From Octopus sinensis (taxonomy: Eukaryota), in NCBI RefSeq assembly GCF_006345805.1, contig NC_042999.1, forward strand, positions 59,644,001-59,708,000: a stretch of 64,000 nucleotides of DNA, in the 5' to 3' direction. Both the position numbers and the translations under genes were made by a program. Positions 10,150 to 22,439 of this stretch are shown piece after piece. Each line of letters begins with the position of its first letter. Positions within the stretch are counted from its first letter, which is position 1. A model generated the notes under the pieces. The model saw only the letters and a list, made by a program, of their open reading frames with translations, searched no databases and was not told the DNA's origin.

Positions 10150-11445
10150 GATATTTCTTCTACTGTAGGTAAAAGACCAGAAGTTTTAGAGGAGGTAGCA
10201 TATCAACCGTATCAAGCCGATTACTCAACTTGTACTCCGCTAGGAGGAAAAGCAAATTCAATCTCGGAGACATTTGGAATCAGAACACAAAGCCGGTAAA
10301 AATCCAGCTAAGCATTTGTCTAGTGTACTAACGATCCCACCAGCTCGCCGCCTTTTTGTCTGACGTAATATTTTATTCTTTTAAAGACACATGAACTGAA
10401 ATTTTGTGGGACAGGGCTAATAAATAACATTGACCCCCAACTGGTGCTTATTTTACTGACCCCGAAAGAATAGAAGGCAAAATCGACCTCGATGGAATTT
10501 AAATTCGAAACGTAAAGCAGAAGAAATGCCGCTGAGAATTGATATGTGACACGTGACATAAAGTTGGCTTCAAATTTTGGCACAAGGCCAGCAAGTTAGT
10601 GGAAGAGACTTAGTCGATTACGTCGACCCCAGTGCTAATCTGGTACTTATTTCATTGACTTTGACGGGGTGAAAGGCAAAGTCGACCATTGTGAAATTTG
10701 AACTCAGAACATAAAAACGGACAGAATGTCGCCAAGCGTTTTGCCCGACGTACTAACGTTTCTTATTTCTTTATTGCTCACAAAGGGCTAAACATAAAGG
10801 GGACAAATAAGGACACACAAACGGATTAAGTCGATTACATCGATCCCAGTGCGTAACTGGTACTTATTTAATCGATCCCGAAAGGATGATAGGCAAAGTC
10901 GACCTCGGCGGAATTTGAACTCAGAACATAAAAACGGACAGAATGTCGCCAAGCGTTTTGCCCGACGTACTAACGTTTCTTATTTCTTTATTGCTCACAA
11001 AGGGCTAAACATAAAGGGGACAAATAAGGACACACAAACGGATTAAGTCGATTACATGGACCCCAGTGCGTTACTGGTACTTATTTAATCGACCCCGAAA
11101 GGATGAAAGGCAAAGTCGACCTCGGCGGAATTTGAGCTCAAAACGTAACGGCAGACGAAATACTGCTAAGCATATCGTCCGGCATGCTAACGATTCTACC
11201 AGCTCGCTGCCTTCACATGTGACATAATATCCTTTCTACTATAGACACAAGGTTTGAAATCTTGGGAGAGAGAAGTAGTCGATTACATCGATCCCAGTGT
11301 TTCACTGTTTCTTAATTCATCGACTCCGAAAGAATGAGAGGCAAAGTCGACCTCAAAGGAATTTAAACTCACAACGTAGTGACTGTCGAAATATCGCAAA
11401 GCATTTCGTCCAGCGTGCTAACGATTCTGTAAGCTCGCTCTCTTC
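10150..11445 (-). mobile_element. Cluster of about six SINE B units, all on the minus strand
   Basis: Core motif recurs near 10250, 10480, 10680, 10900, 11115 and 11345; all three tail types are present. Confidence 0.85.
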
Positions 11446-11518
11446 ACATGTGACGTAATATCAAAACTTATTTGCCATTCTCGATTCACCATTTCTAAGA
11501 AATATATATTGCACTTGC

Positions 11519-11844
11519 AGTGAGGGCGCGTGGCTTAGTGGTTAGGGCATTCGGCTCATGATCGTAAGGTTGTGAGTTCGATTCCCGGCGACGCGTTGTG
11601 TCCTTGAGCAAGACACTTTATTTCACGTTGCTCCAGTTCACTCAGCTGACAAAAATGAGTTGTACTTGTATTTCAAAGGGTCAGCCTTGTCACTCTCTGT
11701 GTCACGCTGATTATCCCCGAGAACTACGTTAAGGGTACTCGTGTCTGTGGAATGCTCAGCCATTTGCACGTTAATTTCACGAGCAAGCTGTTCCGTTGAT
11801 CGTATCAGCTGGGACCCTCGTCGTCGTAACCGGCGGAGTCTTTA
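11519..11844 (+). mobile_element. SINE family D, full length, with 13-bp TSD
   Basis: tRNA-like head tggcttagtggttagg...gagttcgattcc; body gttgtgtccttgagcaagacac; tail gtcgtaaccggcggagtc. TSD atattgcacttgc at 11506-11518 and 11845-11857. Confidence 0.88.
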
Positions 11845-12639
11845 ATATTGCACTTGCTACAAAGATGGAGAGGGCCTGAAAACAGGACTGATTTAAAATA
11901 TTTTAACAAAGATAGGAGACAACGTCAATCTATAAATCAGAATGAAATGAGGTAGCAACATTTTTCAGTACTATTTTTTGAATAATTCGAAAGATAAAAC
12001 TGCAGTAAGAAGCATTTCTGAATTCGTCTAACTTCACTATTTATCTGGGTTTTTTTTTTATTTGTCTGACACGACCTCAATAAAAATAAAAGATAGCTAA
12101 ATAATCAGTATCAAATATGATATTTACTAATTGGTGTAATAGCACGATATTCAAATTGAATTACACTTGATATCTACAAATCAGTGAAATATTGAAGTAT
12201 ATCTAAAATATAACAAGGATTTCCGTTTTTTAAACATACGTGTAAGTATTCTGAAATGATACATATTGACTCATTTTCACATAGCTGTTATTCAAATGAT
12301 ATACGATAAAAATTCTATATGCCACGCAATTGAGCTCTATAAGCTATCTTAGGATCCATAAAAGAAGCGTTTAATAAAGTGACTGAATATATTTGCTGCT
12401 CAGAAGATCGATATTGATGTTATCTTCATCTGTCGCAAGCCATGCGAGGATTCGTTCTGTATTGTATTTTCTGAGAAGCAGCAAGTTTTCCGTTATCTGC
12501 GCAGATGACTATGAAAGAAACCACTAAAGAACAAAATTTTTTTTCTATTCCGTTTATTTATTTTATTTGCATCGTTCCTTCATCTTCCTTCTTTCCATTT
12601 TTGTTTTTGCTTGCCAATATATAACTATGATAAATGCAG

Positions 12640-13072
12640 TTATATATATATGTGCGTGTGTAAACATAAGTATATGTGTGTGTGTATGTGGGTGTGTACA
12701 TATATATAACTATATTATGTAAGTATATATGTGCGTATATATATAATATATAGTACAAACATATATATATATATTTATATACATGTATACATACACACAC
12801 ATATATATGCGTGTGTGTATATATACATAAGTGTGCGCATAGCTTGTTATATACAGAGGTATATATATATGTATATGTATATATATATATATGTACATAT
12901 ATATATATATGTGTGTGTGTGTGTGTATGTGTTTGTGTGTGTGTGTGTTTGTATATGTGTATGTATATATATATATATATATATCTGTACATATATTTTT
13001 ATATAAACACACAGATTTCTGCGTACATTTTTAAATGTATATGTATAAATACATACATACATGAACTCATTC

Positions 13073-13130
<58 letters not shown>

Positions 13131-13135
13131 GTTTG
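12640..13135. repeat. Compound (TA)n/(TG)n microsatellite
   Basis: Visible directly; source of the Tyr/Ile/Thr/His-rich spurious ORFs. Confidence 0.95.
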
Positions 13136-13456
13136 CCTGCATGCAAGAATGCATGTATATACCTGCGCGCCTATATGCATGGATGTACACCAGTGTGTTT
13201 CTGGTTATGTGAATACAACTGCAAGTATACATGATCGTGTACAGGCGCGCGCGCCTCAATGTCTCTGCTTTAACGCGTCCAAAGTCTTAGTTACCGTGTT
13301 AAGAATGAATCCATATCCCTCTACGCCCGGTATAACCACAAGTACACATGCAGTGCAAACATGTGCATATACATATACACGTACGTAGATGCATGCATAC
13401 ATACACATACTCATATTCATGGATCCATACACACAGAGATATATGTATGCTTGCAT

Positions 13457-13685
13457 GGCGAGTTGGCAGAATCGTTAGCACGCCGGGCGAAATGCTTAGC
13501 GGTATTTCGTCTGCCGCTACGTTCTGAGTTCAAATTCCGCCGAGGTCGACTTTGCCTTTCATCCTTTCGGGGTCGATTAAATAAGTACCAGTTACTCACT
13601 GGGGTCGATGTAATCAACTTAAATCCCTTTGTCTGTCCTTGTTTGTTCCGTCTATGTTTAGCCCCCTTTGGGCAATAAAGAAATA
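13457..13685 (+). mobile_element. SINE B monomer, near-consensus, tail type 1
   Basis: gagttggcagaatcgttagc...gagttcaaattcc (B box)...gggcaataaagaaata. Confidence 0.9.
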
Positions 13686-13789
13686 ATACATAGTTATCTA
13701 TATACAATGATAAATGTACGTACATATAAAAGCATACGTACGCATGTACATACATACTCACATGTATAAGTACATGCATTCATACGTAC

Positions 13790-14094
13790 AAATATCATCG
13801 TGATCGCCGTGATCGACCAGGCTATTAGATGTTGCTACACATCGCTGGTCACAATGCGCTTCGTATTGTTTTAGCCTTCAAATGACGCCACCCCGCTGGC
13901 TAAGCAAGCAGGCCAACAGAAGAAACTTGTGGCGAAAGAGTACAGCAGGTATCGCCACCACCCCCTGCCGGAGCCCCGTGGAGCTTTAGGTGTTTTCGCT
14001 CAATAAACAATCACAACGCCCGGTCTGAGTATCGAAACCTCGATCCTACAACCGCGTGCCCGCTGCCCTAACCACTGGGCCAATCCGCCTCCAC
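13790..14094 (-). mobile_element. SINE C variant with an alternative 3' tail
   Basis: Same head and 5' body as 9716-10028, but the tail is aagcgcattgtgaccagcgatgtgtagcaacatctaatagcctggtcgatcacg. Confidence 0.8.
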
Positions 14095-14454
14095 ACGTAC
14101 AAATATACACACATAAATACATACATACAAATATACATGCATGCATACATACTTATACACACATACGTGCGTGCACTTGCAGAATGAAACGTACTTTATA
14201 CCTGCATTATTTCTTTTCCGCTTGTTGTTTTTCAATTTTTATTGTTGTGCCATATATCATCATATGTCAAAGTTGTGATATACGCATTAGATTAAGCAGC
14301 AGAATGATGATGATGATGATGATGATGATGATAACAATAACAATAATAATAATAACAATAATAATAATAATAACAATAATAATAATAATAGTAACAAAAA
14401 TAACAATAATAACAATAATAATAATAATTACAATAATAATAATAATAATAATAA

Positions 14455-16784
14455 GATCCCCAGCTTCTGGTTGAAATATCTAACAGGAATGCACAAAAAG
14501 CTGGCTGAAAACTTTAACAAAGTACTAGCAGAGCCAGAGACAATGCCTGAATAGCTCACGAAGGGGAAAACCATCTTAATTCCCAAATCAAATGAAACAG
14601 AAAAAACAGAAAACTACAGACCAATAACCTGCCTCCCTACTATGTTCAAGGCATTTACTGCAGTGATATCACAAAGGCTGAACAAGCACCTGGACGAAAA
14701 CAAACTGTTCCCAGAAGAGCAGAAAGGATGCCGCAAAGGCTCATATGGCTGTAAAGATCAACTAATGATTAATAAAGCCATAACTGAAGACAGCCACAGA
14801 AAGAAGAAAGGCCTCAGTATGGCCTGGATTGACTACAAAAGGCGTTTGATAGCATCCCCCACACATGGATCCTCGAAACACTAGCCATTAACAAAGTAGC
14901 ACCACAATCATAAAATTCATAGAGCACTCTATGAATAAATGGCAACAGTCCTACACCTCCAAACAAAAGAGGGACTCATGAAAACAAAGACATCCCCATT
15001 AGAAGAGGAATATTCCAGGGAGACACGCTCTCTCCACTCCTTTTCTGCTTGGCACTGTCCCTCTATCTGATATGCTAAATAGAACTGGATGCGGATATAA
15101 ATGTTACGGCAAAACGATCAGCCACCTTTTATATATGGATGACCTAAAACTATACGCTGCAAATGACAAACAGCTGGAAACACTATTAAAGACAGTTCAT
15201 GGATTTACCAAAGAAATAGATATGAAATTTGGATTAGAAAAATGCGCCAGGGTAACCCTGAAAAGAGGAAAACTAGTTAAGAGTAACAACATCACACTAG
15301 GTAAAACCAATGAAATAAAAGAATTAGACCAAAGCCAAACTTACAAATACTTAGGAATCCATGAACTAGATAAGACACAACACACACAAATGAAAGAGAA
15401 AATAAAAAAAGAATATTATAGACGAGTTAGATCAATACTAACACAGAGCTCAATGCATGAAAAAAAGATAATAGGTATCAACACTTTAGCTGTCCCAGTT
15501 ATAATACAGCTACAATATCCTTAACTGGACACGAATGAACTGACCTTACGAGAAGAAAAACAAGACCAACATAATCTAGGATCATAGAACATCAAATCTG
15601 GACAAATCTGACGAAATGAATACTATATATACAAGTATAGAAGGTGGTAGAGGCCTTATACAGCTGGAAAACTACTATAAAAACCCACCATAGGACTGCA
15701 AAAATATCTACTTCAGAAGGAAGGGAAACTGATCCAGATAGCGGCAAAACACGAGCAAAACAAAAAACTGTTCTCAGTATTTAAGGAAGCTGACAAATAC
15801 AAACAAGAAATCATACCACCTAATAAACATGAAGAAGAAGAAGAAGATGAAGAAACAACAAAAGCTATAAAACAAATGAAATCCAAACTAAAAATAGAAC
15901 AGCAACGAACCATGATAAAACGATGGCAAGAAAAGCCCCTTCATGGTAAATACTGGACTAAACTAAAAGCAAAAGAAATAGTCAAAGAAAAATCCCGGCA
16001 ATGGTTGAGAAGCTCAGGACTCAAAGCAGAGACAGAGGGATTTTTAATTGCAGCACAAGACCAAAGCCTCCCCACCAGAAATTACCAAAAACATGTAATG
16101 AAAAGAAATATTACAAGTAACTGCAGAATATGTGGAGATGGACAAGAAACAATAAATCATATTATCTCTAGCTGCCCAGTCTTGGCTAAGAAGGAATATA
16201 TTCACAGACATGACAGAGTTGGAACCTACATACATTGGAAGCTATGCCAACATTATGGAATAACAACAGAAAAAAAATGGTATAGGCACACACCAGAAAA
16301 GGTCACAGAAAACGAGAAAGCAACCATACTCTGGGATATGCCGATACACACAGATAGAGAAATTAAGGCCAACAGACCAGATATAGTTGTCAGAGATCAT
16401 GAAGAAAAAAAATGCTTTCTAATTGATGTATCAATACCGGCTGATGACAACGTGTCTCTAAAAGAAATGGAGAAACTCTCAAATACAAAGACCTGGAAAT
16501 AGAGGTAACTAGAATGTGGAATCTGAAAACAGAAACAATTCCTATCATAGTAGGTGCATTAGGCATGATAAAAAAATATTCAGACAAATACATAACAAAT
16601 ACACCAGGACTTACAAACACATATAACATACAGAAAATTGCACTACTAGGCACTGCACACATCCTACGCAGAACGCTTTCCATACAATAACCATCAGAGC
16701 ATCACAACAAATCGCAGCACATACCCAAGGCACACAGAGCTGTGCTCGGTAGTGTAGTGAAAGCACGCTATAAAAATAAAACTA

Positions 16785-16787
<3 letters not shown>
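14455..16787 (+). mobile_element. R4/Dong-clade RLE non-LTR retrotransposon, 5'-truncated and frameshifted, within (AAT)n
   Basis: NYRPITCLPT, EQKGCRKGSYGCKDQL, LSMAWIDY, HLLYMDDLKLY, CRICGDGQETINHIISSC...RHD, and RLE motif NRPDIVV...LIDVSIP...K. (AAT/AAC)n at 14303-14454 and 16788-16818. Confidence 0.93.
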
Positions 16788-16821
<34 letters not shown>

Positions 16822-16939
16822 CTGGTACATCACACGTATTGAGAAGAGCATTGTCGATGTGAGAACTGTTGCTGCTCATGTATTTTAATTTAACTTAAAA
16901 AAAAAAAAAAAAAAAAGGAACGAACTATTGAGTTTGGTT

Positions 16940-17038
16940 TAATGGCCTACCAATGTATACTATGAGTTTCTTTGCCCTAGGAGTCGGGAAGACACTCGGC
17001 AAGAAATGGAAGCAAATTTGAAAGAAGAAAAAAAATAG
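16940..17038 (+). mobile_element. Probable 3' UTR stub of another R4/Dong family
   Basis: ccctaggagtcgggaagacactcggc...A-rich, then (AAT)n; same layout as the two neighbouring R4 3' ends. No coding sequence. Confidence 0.45.
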
Positions 17039-17210
17039 CAATAATAATAATAACAATAATAACAATAATAATAATAACAACAACAATAATAATTACAATA
17101 ATAATAATAATCACAATAATAATAATCATCACAATAATAATAATAATAATAATAAAATAATAATTATAATAATAATAACAATAATAATAATAATAATAAT
17201 AATAAAATCA

Positions 17211-17589
17211 GAAATCAGCAAAATGTGGAAGCTGAAGACTAAAACAATACCTGTTGTCATAGGTGCCCTGGGAATGATAGCGAAAGGGACTGATTGCTAC
17301 CTAACTCAGATACCAGGAAACCCCAAAATGGCAGAAATTCAAAAGATAGTGCTCATGGGAACTGCTCATATCCTACGAAAATACTCTCTATGTAATCCCA
17401 AGGTTTAAAACAAACTTTTTTTTTATTTATTTATTATTTTTTTTTTATGTATTAGACATTCACTAGTACAAAAAAAAAACAAAAAAAACCCCAAATATAT
17501 GGCACAGAACTTCCAACCTGTTGTCTCTTGAGGTCTCTGGGTGAGACTTGGAGCCAACTTGTACAGACATAAAGCAAAAGTCAAACATA

Positions 17590-17590
<1 letters not shown>
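17211..17590 (+). mobile_element. R4/Dong 3' end from a second family, 5'-truncated, flanked by (AAT)n
   Basis: EISKMWKLKTKTIPVVIGALGMI...IQKIVLMGTAHILRK is paralogous to 16500-16680; different 3' UTR; AAT tracts at 17040-17205 and 17591-17650. Confidence 0.88.
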
Positions 17591-17637
<47 letters not shown>

Positions 17638-17654
17638 TAATGATAATAATAACA

Positions 17655-17878
17655 ATTGTTGTTGGCATCCTTTTTGTCTCGGGAGACAATGGAGTTGCGC
17701 ATAAAATAGTCCAGTCTGGCTTTTACATTTCATGTCCTGATACATTTCCTGCTGTGGCTGTGTAGTCCTATCCTGGACAAACACTCCCTCTGGCAGGTAC
17801 CGCAAATGTAGCGAAGACTGTTCCTGGCTGGTTGTAGTGTCATAGTTTCTTGTTGACGTCTTTTCTTGTCTTTCCATT

Positions 17879-17932
<54 letters not shown>

Positions 17933-17997
17933 CACTCCTTTGTATTCCCTCTTTTACGGTACGTCGCCAATCTCCACGGTTGCTGGCAATTGCTTCC
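17655..17997 (-). mobile_element. RTE-clade LINE 3' end
   Basis: WEAIASNRGDWRRTVKEG...YICGTCQRECLSRIGLHSHSRKC; 3' stem-loop ttgtctcccgagacaa followed by ggatgccaacaacaa. Confidence 0.85.
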
Positions 17998-18018
17998 CAA
18001 CTGCTAATAATAATAATC

Positions 18019-18762
18019 ACAGCCCCCAGTTAATAAGCTGCTGACCCGCCACAGGCCGCCTGCTTCATTGGGTGCTTGGAGCTAAAAGTATGACTTGAAA
18101 AGCGGCCTGCAACCTCTGCACCAGGCAAACAACTAAAAGACAAGAAACCACCAGTCCTGCGGTTGGCAAGCTGGAATGTCAGGACCATGTGCCCTGGAAT
18201 ATCTGATGATCTACCCAGGGTTGAAGACACAAGGAAAACGGCCATCATTGACCGTGAACTAAAGAGGCTTAACATAGACATTGCTGGGCTACAGGAGACA
18301 AGACTTCCCTCAAACGGCAAACTCAAAGAACAGGATTTCACCTTCTTTTGGCAGGGAAGCGATCCAGAAGAACCTCGTCAGCATGGCGTTGGCTTTGCAG
18401 TGAGAAACTCATTACTCTCCTCAATAGAACCACCATCAGGAGGCACTGAGCGTGTCCTCTCACTGCGCCTCTCGACTTCTTCTGGCTCAGCACATCTACT
18501 CAGCATCTATGCTCCCACACTCTACAGCTCAGAGGAGACCAAGGACCAGTTCTACAAAGACCTCAACTGTGTCATAAAAACTATACCAACAACTGAAAAT
18601 ATCTACCTTCTGGGGGACATTAACGCTCGCGTGGGATCTGACCATGATTCGTGGCCCATTTGTGTTGGACACTTTGGTATTGGCAACATGAATGACAATG
18701 GTCAGAGACTACTCGAATTCTGCACATACCATAACCTGTGGATCACAAACACATTCTTTACC
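18019..18762 (+). mobile_element. RTE-clade LINE 5' part (partial 5' UTR and APE endonuclease), truncated by (AAT/AAC)n
   Basis: LASWNVRTM, IDIAGLQETRL, HGVGFAV, IYAPT, LGDINARVG, MNDNGQRLLEFC, ITNTFF. Confidence 0.9.
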
Positions 18763-18780
18763 AATAATAACAACAACAAC

Positions 18781-18815
<35 letters not shown>

Positions 18816-18937
18816 TAATTACAATAATAATAATAATCACAGTAATAATAATAATAAGAATAATAATAAGAAGAATAATAACAATAATAATAATAATAAT
18901 AACAACAACAACAACAACAATAATAATAATGATAATA

Positions 18938-19545
18938 AACATGGGTGCTTCGTTCATCATCCTTAAACAAACCTCATTCAAGGCCCTTTCGAACGGGATG
19001 GGTTATTCGGCCTGAATAAAATTCTAACTGGGCCCCCACTTGCAAGGTCATGCGCTGTTCATCATGATATGATATTACTATTTCAAGTACATACGGTTTC
19101 GATGCATGTGCCTCCTGTTCTCTCACTCCCTCACTCATTCACTCACTCACTCATTCAATAGTGATAATAATAATAATAATAATAATAATCTTAACTGATT
19201 GGAAGTTTTATCATGTACATTGTTTTGTCTTGGTATAAAAGATGGGCTACAGCAAATATTCTGCTCAATACCAAAGATTTGCTTGTCAGTTGTTTGACCT
19301 TAACCAGTTGAGCATGTCCCTTAGTGGCTGACGATATGTGCATCTCTGATCACGAGCAGAAGTGGTGGGGGAGCATCATAGCCATGTGTTGATAGGGATT
19401 CTTTGGGGTTTGGATAATTCAACTTTGGAAACATGGGTGTTTCGTTCAACATCCTTAAACAACCCTTATTCAGGGACCTTTTGAGCGGGATGGGCTACTC
19501 AACCTGAAGAAAATTCTAACTGGGCCCCACCTGCAAGGCACAAGG
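18938..19545 (+). repeat. Two overlapping copies of an unclassified interspersed repeat (family E)
   Basis: 18938-19050 repeats 19430-19540 (aacatgggtg...ttctaactgggcccc). 19188-19350 also occurs inverted at 21870-22030. Confidence 0.75.
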
Positions 19546-19829
19546 CACAAGGCGCATCGACCCTGAAAGGATGAAAGAATAATGATGATGATGACGATGC
19601 TGCTGCTGCTGCTGCTGCTGATGTTGATGATGATGTTGATGATGTTGAAGATGATGACAATGGTGAATGATGATCATGATCATAATGATACAAACGAGAT
19701 TGCATGTAAACAGGAATATTTCTTCGCAGCATATGTCACTTCTGATTCCGACAGACAAAATATAAGAAATCCAACGTCCTTACAATTCGAAATTATGGAA
19801 GAAATATTTATATAACAAAATTAATGAGT

Positions 19830-21000
19830 AAGAAAGAGAAAGAGAAAGAGGGGGAGAGAGGGACGAGGAGGAGGAAGAGGGGGAAAGGGGGATGAGGAGG
19901 CGGAGGGGGAGAAGAAGTAGGTGGGGTTCGAGGACGAGGACGAGGACGAGAAGGCGGAAAGGAGGGCAGTTACAGAAGAAGGGAATGAGGTGGAGGAGGT
20001 AATGGGGTGGAGGTGGTGATGAGGTGGAGGAGGAGAAGAAGGATAGGAGAGGGAGGAGGAGCGGACGAGAAGGCGAAGAACAAGAAGAAGATGTGGAGGA
20101 TGAGGAGGTGGTCGAAGGGGAGCAGAAGTAGAAGAAGAATGAGAAGGAGAAGGCGGGAAGGAGAGGACAGGGAGAGTACAACGAGGACGACAATAATGAT
20201 GATGATGAGGAGGAGGAGGAGGAAGAGGAACAGGAAATAGGGGAAGGATGAAGCATCATAATAGTGATGTAGAAAAAGAAGGAGGTGGAGGAGAGGGAGA
20301 AGAAGAAGAAGAAGAAGAAGTATAAGAAGAAGAAGGAGAAGCGAAGAACAAAGAGAAGAAGAAGAAGGAGGAGGAGGAGGACGAGGACGAGGACGAGGAC
20401 GAGGAGGAGGACGAGGACGAGGAGGAGGACGAGGACGAGGAGGAGGAGAAGGAGGACGAGGAGGACGAGGAGGAGAAGAACGAGAAGAAGAAGAAGAAGA
20501 AGAAGGAGGAGTATGAGAATGGAGAAGAAGAAGTAGAAGAAGAAGGAGGAGGAGGAGGAAGAGAAGAAGAAGAAGAATGAGAAGAAGAAGAAGGAGGAGG
20601 AGGAAGAGAAGAAGAAGAAGAATGAGAAGAAGAAGAAGGAGGAGGAGGAAGAGAAGAAGAAGAAGAAGAATGAGAAGAAGGAGGAGGAGGAGGAGAAGAA
20701 AAAGAAGAAGAAGAAGAAGAAAAAGAAGAAAGAGAAGAAGGAGGAGGAGGAGGAGGAGGAGGAGAAGAAGAAGAAGAAGAAGAAGAAGAAGAAGAAGAAG
20801 AAGAAGAAGAAAAAGAAGAAGAAGAAGAAGAATGAGAAGAAGAAAGAGAAGAAGAAGAAAAAGAAGAAGAAGAAAGAGAAGAAGAAGAATGAGAAGGAGG
20901 AGGAGAAGGAGGAGAAGAAGAAGAAGAAGAAGAAGAAGAACAACAACAACAACAAGAACAACAACAACAACAACAACAACAACAAGAACAAGAAGAAATG
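19830..21000. repeat. ~1.2-kb purine-strand (GAA/GGA/GAC)n compound tract ending in (AAC)n
   Basis: Visible directly; strong R/Y strand asymmetry. Confidence 0.95.
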
Positions 21001-21814
21001 AAGGGGCACAGCACAATTTTTTGTAAGAAAGATATCTTCAATATTTTTATTGCACTCCTGCAAGAAACTTCCAGATTTATTTAGTTACTTATTTATTTAT
21101 TTATTTAGTTCAGTAATGTATTTTTTTTTGTCATTCTTATAGTCACCTCTCTCTCATTTCCTCTCTCTCTCTCTCTCTCGCTCTCTCGTAAACATATTTC
21201 TCGAAACTAAAAAAAAATGAAGAAACAACTGCAAAAGAAAGAAAGAAAAAAAACAAAATACGACAAGAGCACAACGCAAGTTTCGAAGCTCATTCATAAA
21301 CAAAGAAAAAGTCGGTTTTTTCGGGTTTTTTCAGAATTTCTTTCCCAAGGTCATCCAATCAGAACCACCGTTGACTTTTGTTGTGCTTAACATTGTTGCT
21401 GTTGCTACTCTCGCTGCTACTCTTATTGTTGTTGTTGTTATTCTTTTTCCTCCTCTTTTTCTTCCTCCTCTCCTTCCTTTTCTTCTTCCTCTTCTTTTTC
21501 CTCTTCTCCTACTTTTTCCTCTTCTTTTCCTCTTCTCCTTCTTCTTCTTCTTCTTCTTCTTCTTCTTCTCCTCCTTCATCTTCTTCTTCTTCTTCTTCTC
21601 CTCCTTCTTCTCCTTCTTCTTCTCCTTCTTCTTCTTCTTCTTCATATTATTATTATTGTCATTTACTTTTAATCTGCATATTTGATGCAATCACTTGCCA
21701 GGGCACACCCAGCGCCCTAGGGCAAGTGAAGGTTAAGAGTTGTTGAAATATAGCTGAAAGCTTGGGGAGGGAAGGTAGAGAAATATCTCCATGTAATACA
21801 ACGCAAACATTTAC

Positions 21815-21869
<55 letters not shown>

Positions 21870-22070
21870 TTCTTCGTGATCAGAGATGCACCAAGGGACA
21901 TGCTCAACTGATTAAGGTCAAACAACTAACAAGCAAATCTGTGGTACTGAGCAGAATATTTGCTGTAGCCCATCTTTTATACCAAGACAGAACATTGTGC
22001 ATGATAACACTTCCAATCAGTTAAGATCAGAAGCCACGAGAGCCACTGCCTGGTACTGCATCAGGGCATT
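21870..22070 (-). repeat. Family E repeat, inverted copy
   Basis: Reverse complement of 19188-19350 (ttggtataaaagatgggctacagcaaatattctgctca). Confidence 0.75.
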
Positions 22071-22079
22071 TTATTATTA

Positions 22080-22313
22080 CTCCTTTACTCTTTTGTTTGT
22101 TTCAGTCATTTGACTGCGGCCAGGCTGGAGCACCACCTTTAGTCGAACAAATCGACCCCGGGACTTATTCTTTGGAAGCCTAGTACTCATTCTATCGGTT
22201 ACGGGGACGTAAACACACCGCCATCGGTTGTCAAGCGATGTTGTGGGGACAAACACTGACACACAAACATATGCACACACACATATATATATATACATAC
22301 ATATATACGACGG
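22080..22313 (-). mobile_element. SINE A 3' half
   Basis: Tail and TA/CA tract are present; breaks at tacgacgg where the 5' half should continue. Confidence 0.8.
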
Positions 22314-22439
22314 TGGACACTCATTGAATTAATTTATCTCCTGTAAGAAGGAAAAGAAACATCTCTCCTGGAAAATAATTCCGTAAAGCACAAAAACCCA
22401 GACTACATCGTTGGAATAAGTATCACTTTCATCTTCTAT

